Source of the DNA: an uncultured Gammaproteobacteria bacterium
Lineage (GTDB): Bacteria; Patescibacteriota; Microgenomatia; Daviesbacterales; UBA10151
Assembly (NCBI GenBank): GCA_964522265.1
Contig: CAZFVS010000014.1
Span: 7,584-15,287 of the forward strand
Direction: 5' to 3'
Length of the DNA stretch: 7,704 bases
The notes under the pieces were generated by a model. It was given only the letters and a program-made list of their open reading frames with translations, was not told where the DNA came from and ran no database searches. The position numbers were made by a program, and so were the translations under genes. How positions within the stretch are numbered: the stretch's first letter is position 1; the number at the start of each line of letters is the position of its first letter. This document shows positions 5,377-7,704 of this stretch, piece by piece.

Positions 5377-6453
5377 TTGTTCATAGCAAAATATACAATT
5401 ACCAATTCTATCTTGAAAAACATCGGTATTATTGATACTGCCCGGGAGATAGTGGCAAATGCCCCCCTAATCCCTGCATGGGAGGCAAAATTCAGAAAAG
5501 AAGCAATAGAGAGGACTGTCCATCATGGTACTCATCTTGAGGGTAATAACTTATCTGAGGAGGAGGTGAAGGATGTTTTGGACGGGCGTGAGGTTTTTGC
5601 CAGGGACAGGGATATACAGGAAGTTATAAATTACAGGAATGTCTTAAAATTTATTGACAGCATAGCTGTTCAGATAGGTGTTGGCAAAAGTTATATCCTG
5701 ACGATTGAAACAATTTTAGAGATCCATAAATTAACCACGCAGCGGATCTTGCCTGATGAAACTGCCGGGAAATTCAGGGTCAGGCAGGTGGTAGTTAAAA
5801 ATACCAGAACAGGACAGGTCAGCTTTACCCCGCCTCCTGCTGCTGAAGTCTATTATTTAATAGAGGATCTGATAGCTTGGGTAAACAGTGACGAAACCCG
5901 GCAACTTCATCCGGTGATTAAAGCAGGCATTATCCATTATGAACTTTCCAGGATCCATCCTTTTGTTGACGGAAATGGCAGAACTGCCCGGGCAGTGGCA
6001 ACCCTGATAATGTTTTTAGACGGTTATGATATCCGCAAGTTCTTTTCGCTTGAAGAATATTTTGATGAAAACCCGATGGACTATTATGTCACACTGCAGA
6101 CTGTTTCCAACCAGCTGGTTTTGGATACCCATGAGCGGGATTTAACTCCCTGGCTGGAATATTTTGTGCAGGGGGTGGCCATAGAATTAAACAGAGTTAA
6201 GGAACGGGTTCAAAGGATCTCTGCTGATGCCAGGGTCAAAGATAAGCTGGGGGAGCAGGTGGAGTTAAATGAAAGGCAGATGATGATTATGGAATACCTG
6301 CATCGGCATAAATCCATGATGAATAAGGACTTTAGGAAGATCTTCCCTGACTTCTCGGATGATACAGTTTTGCGGGAGTTAAAATTTTTGAAGCAGAAAG
6401 GGCTGGTGAAAAAAACAGGGGGGACCAAAAAGGCAGTGTATGTTTTAACTTGA
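5377..6453 (+). CDS. Fic-domain protein (putative AMPylase) with C-terminal winged-helix domain
   Basis: The canonical Fic motif HPFVDGNGRTAR is at 5956-5991. The N-terminal segment THLEGN resembles the inhibitory-helix xxxE(G/N) motif, although the residue at -4 is Gly rather than Ser/Thr. The C-terminus (LNERQMMIMEYL...VLRELKFLKQKGLVKKTG) looks like a wHTH. A strong SD AAAGGAGG ends at 5366. TTG 5377 has 10-nt spacing and is preferred over the track's TTG 5368, which has 1-nt spacing. Confidence 0.85.
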   Translation: MFIAKYTITNSILKNIGIIDTAREIVANAPLIPAWEAKFRKEAIERTVHHGTHLEGNNLSEEEVKDVLDGREVFARDRDIQEVINYRNVLKFIDSIAVQIGVGKSYILTIETILEIHKLTTQRILPDETAGKFRVRQVVVKNTRTGQVSFTPPPAAEVYYLIEDLIAWVNSDETRQLHPVIKAGIIHYELSRIHPFVDGNGRTARAVATLIMFLDGYDIRKFFSLEEYFDENPMDYYVTLQTVSNQLVLDTHERDLTPWLEYFVQGVAIELNRVKERVQRISADARVKDKLGEQVELNERQMMIMEYLHRHKSMMNKDFRKIFPDFSDDTVLRELKFLKQKGLVKKTGGTKKAVYVLT

Positions 6454-6456
6454 CCC

Positions 6457-6484
6457 TTGACAAAGTACCAAGTATGGGTATACT
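6457..6484 (+). promoter_or_regulatory. Sigma70-type promoter: TTGACA - 16 nt - TATACT, upstream of prkA
   Basis: The -35 TTGACA is at 6457-6462 and the -10 TATACT at 6479-6484. It begins 4 nt after the Fic stop, and the -10 ends about 40 nt before the prkA ATG. Confidence 0.5.
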
Positions 6485-6523
6485 TCAAGGTATTAATAAA
6501 CTCATAAAGCCTGTCTGAAACAA

Positions 6524-7704
6524 ATGCTAGTAGAAAGAATTGATTTAAAATCCAGTTATGATGAGTATCGAGCAAGAGAAAAAAGCTTAACATGGGATGG
6601 AAACCTTCAGGATTATCTTGACTTACTTGCGGAAAACCCCAAACTAAACAGGCTGTCTCACGGTATGGTTTATGACATGTTGACAGGTAAAGGTGTGGAA
6701 GAGCCGGATGAAGACAAAGGTGAAGAGTACAGAACATACAATTTCTTCAGTGGCGAGATTTTCGGAATTGAAAAAACTTTGGATGAATTAGCAAATTATT
6801 TTGCCGGAGCAGCAAGAAAGCTTGAAATAAGAAAAAGGATATTGATGTTAGTGGGTCCGGTTGGGGGAGGTAAATCTTCAATCGTGTCACTGATGAAAAA
6901 AGGGTTGGAAGAATATTCAAAAACTAGGGAAGGCGCTGTTTATGCAATCAAGAGTTGCCCGATGCATGAAGACCCGTTGCATCTTATTCCTGATGCACTT
7001 AGGCCAGAGTTAAAAGAAAAACATGGTATTGAAGTTGAAGGCAGACTTTGTCCTGTGTGTGACAATATGGTTCGGGAAAGATATTTGGATGATCCGTTTG
7101 CTGTGCCTGTGGAGAGAGTAACATTTTCAGAACGGGAGAGAAGAGGGATTGGAACCTTTACCCCTTCTGATCCCAAATCGCAAGATATTGCGGAGTTGAC
7201 CGGTTCAATAGATCTTTCGACTGTCGGTGAGTATGGTGTTGAATCTGATCCGCGAGCTTTCAAATTTGATGGTGAACTCAATAAAGCCAACAGGGGGATG
7301 ATGGAATTTATAGAGATGTTAAAGTGCGATGAGAAATTCCTTTACAATCTTTTGACTCTAACCCAGGAACAGAATATCAAAACCGGGCGCTTTGCGTTAA
7401 TCTATGCGGATGAAGCAATTATGTCTCACACCAATGAGCATGAATTCAACAACTTTATAGCCAACAAAAAATCAGAAGCATTGCATGATAGGATTTTTAT
7501 GGTAAATGTCCCGTATAATTTACGGTTTGATGATGAAATTAAGATATATGAAAAACTGATTAGGGAGGGACAAATTAAAGGTATACATATAGCGCCATAT
7601 GTTTTGAAAACCGCTGCCATGGTGGCAGTTTTATCCCGCTTATCAGTACCTAAAAAGAAGGATGTTTCGCTAGTGCAGAAAATGTACCTTTATAATGGAG
7701 ATAA
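6524..7704 (+). CDS. prkA: PrkA-family serine protein kinase (YeaG/PrkA AAA+ type), 3' end beyond the window
   Basis: I translated this by hand from ATG 6524. It is open to the window end (393 codons), so it is absent from the ORF track. The product MLVERIDLKSSYDEYRAREKSLTWDGNLQDYL...RKRILMLVGPVGGGKSS (Walker A 6854-6880) ...AVYAIKSCPMHEDPLHLIP...GIGTFTPSDPKSQDIAELTGSIDLST...FDGELNKANRGMMEFIEMLKCDEKFLYNLLTLTQEQNIKTGRFAL... aligns closely along its length with my recollection of B. subtilis PrkA. Confidence 0.92.
   Translation, partial: MLVERIDLKSSYDEYRAREKSLTWDGNLQDYLDLLAENPKLNRLSHGMVYDMLTGKGVEEPDEDKGEEYRTYNFFSGEIFGIEKTLDELANYFAGAARKLEIRKRILMLVGPVGGGKSSIVSLMKKGLEEYSKTREGAVYAIKSCPMHEDPLHLIPDALRPELKEKHGIEVEGRLCPVCDNMVRERYLDDPFAVPVERVTFSERERRGIGTFTPSDPKSQDIAELTGSIDLSTVGEYGVESDPRAFKFDGELNKANRGMMEFIEMLKCDEKFLYNLLTLTQEQNIKTGRFALIYADEAIMSHTNEHEFNNFIANKKSEALHDRIFMVNVPYNLRFDDEIKIYEKLIREGQIKGIHIAPYVLKTAAMVAVLSRLSVPKKKDVSLVQKMYLYNGD

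Noticed and set aside
4838-5423. Antisense ORFs 4838..5035 (-) and 5220..5423 (-)
   Set aside because: The first lies inside the DedA gene. The second spans the DedA 3' end, the spacer and the Fic 5' end. Neither has supporting signals.
6210-6737. ORF 6210..6737 (-, 175 aa) spanning the Fic 3' end, the intergenic promoter and the prkA 5' end; also 6940..7290 (-) and 7426..7620 (-)
   Set aside because: They overlap two confidently identified + strand genes (Fic and PrkA) and have no motifs. They are listed in the track only because prkA lacks a stop within the window.

Overview
Low-GC bacterial chromosomal segment using the standard genetic code; genes end in TAA or TGA. Every supported gene is on the + strand except one. 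In order: a vapBC toxin-antitoxin pair (RHH antitoxin cut by the window edge, PIN toxin); a GC-rich non-coding island of about 350 nt between a consensus sigma70-type promoter and a strong intrinsic terminator, which I read as an unclassified structured RNA; an MFS transporter; a 62-aa miniprotein; recF; a small DUF5654-like membrane protein (- strand); a DedA/VTT membrane protein; a Fic-domain protein with a C-terminal winged helix; and the 5' part of prkA, which was missing from the ORF track because it runs off the window. Two observations stand out. (1) The promoter-to-terminator RNA folds by hand into nested helices rich in G-U wobbles, and I could not match it to any RNA family. (2) A palindromic element of about 93-102 nt is present three times: twice in frame inside recF, in the same orientation and codon phase, and once in the intergenic spacer just downstream, where that frame hits a stop. 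This resembles the in-frame Rickettsia palindromic element (RPE) phenomenon. An 18-nt perfect palindrome filling exactly six recF codons is a third in-frame extra. No CRISPR array, tRNA, rRNA or transposase gene is visible. All calls come from reading the sequence by eye; no database searches were run.
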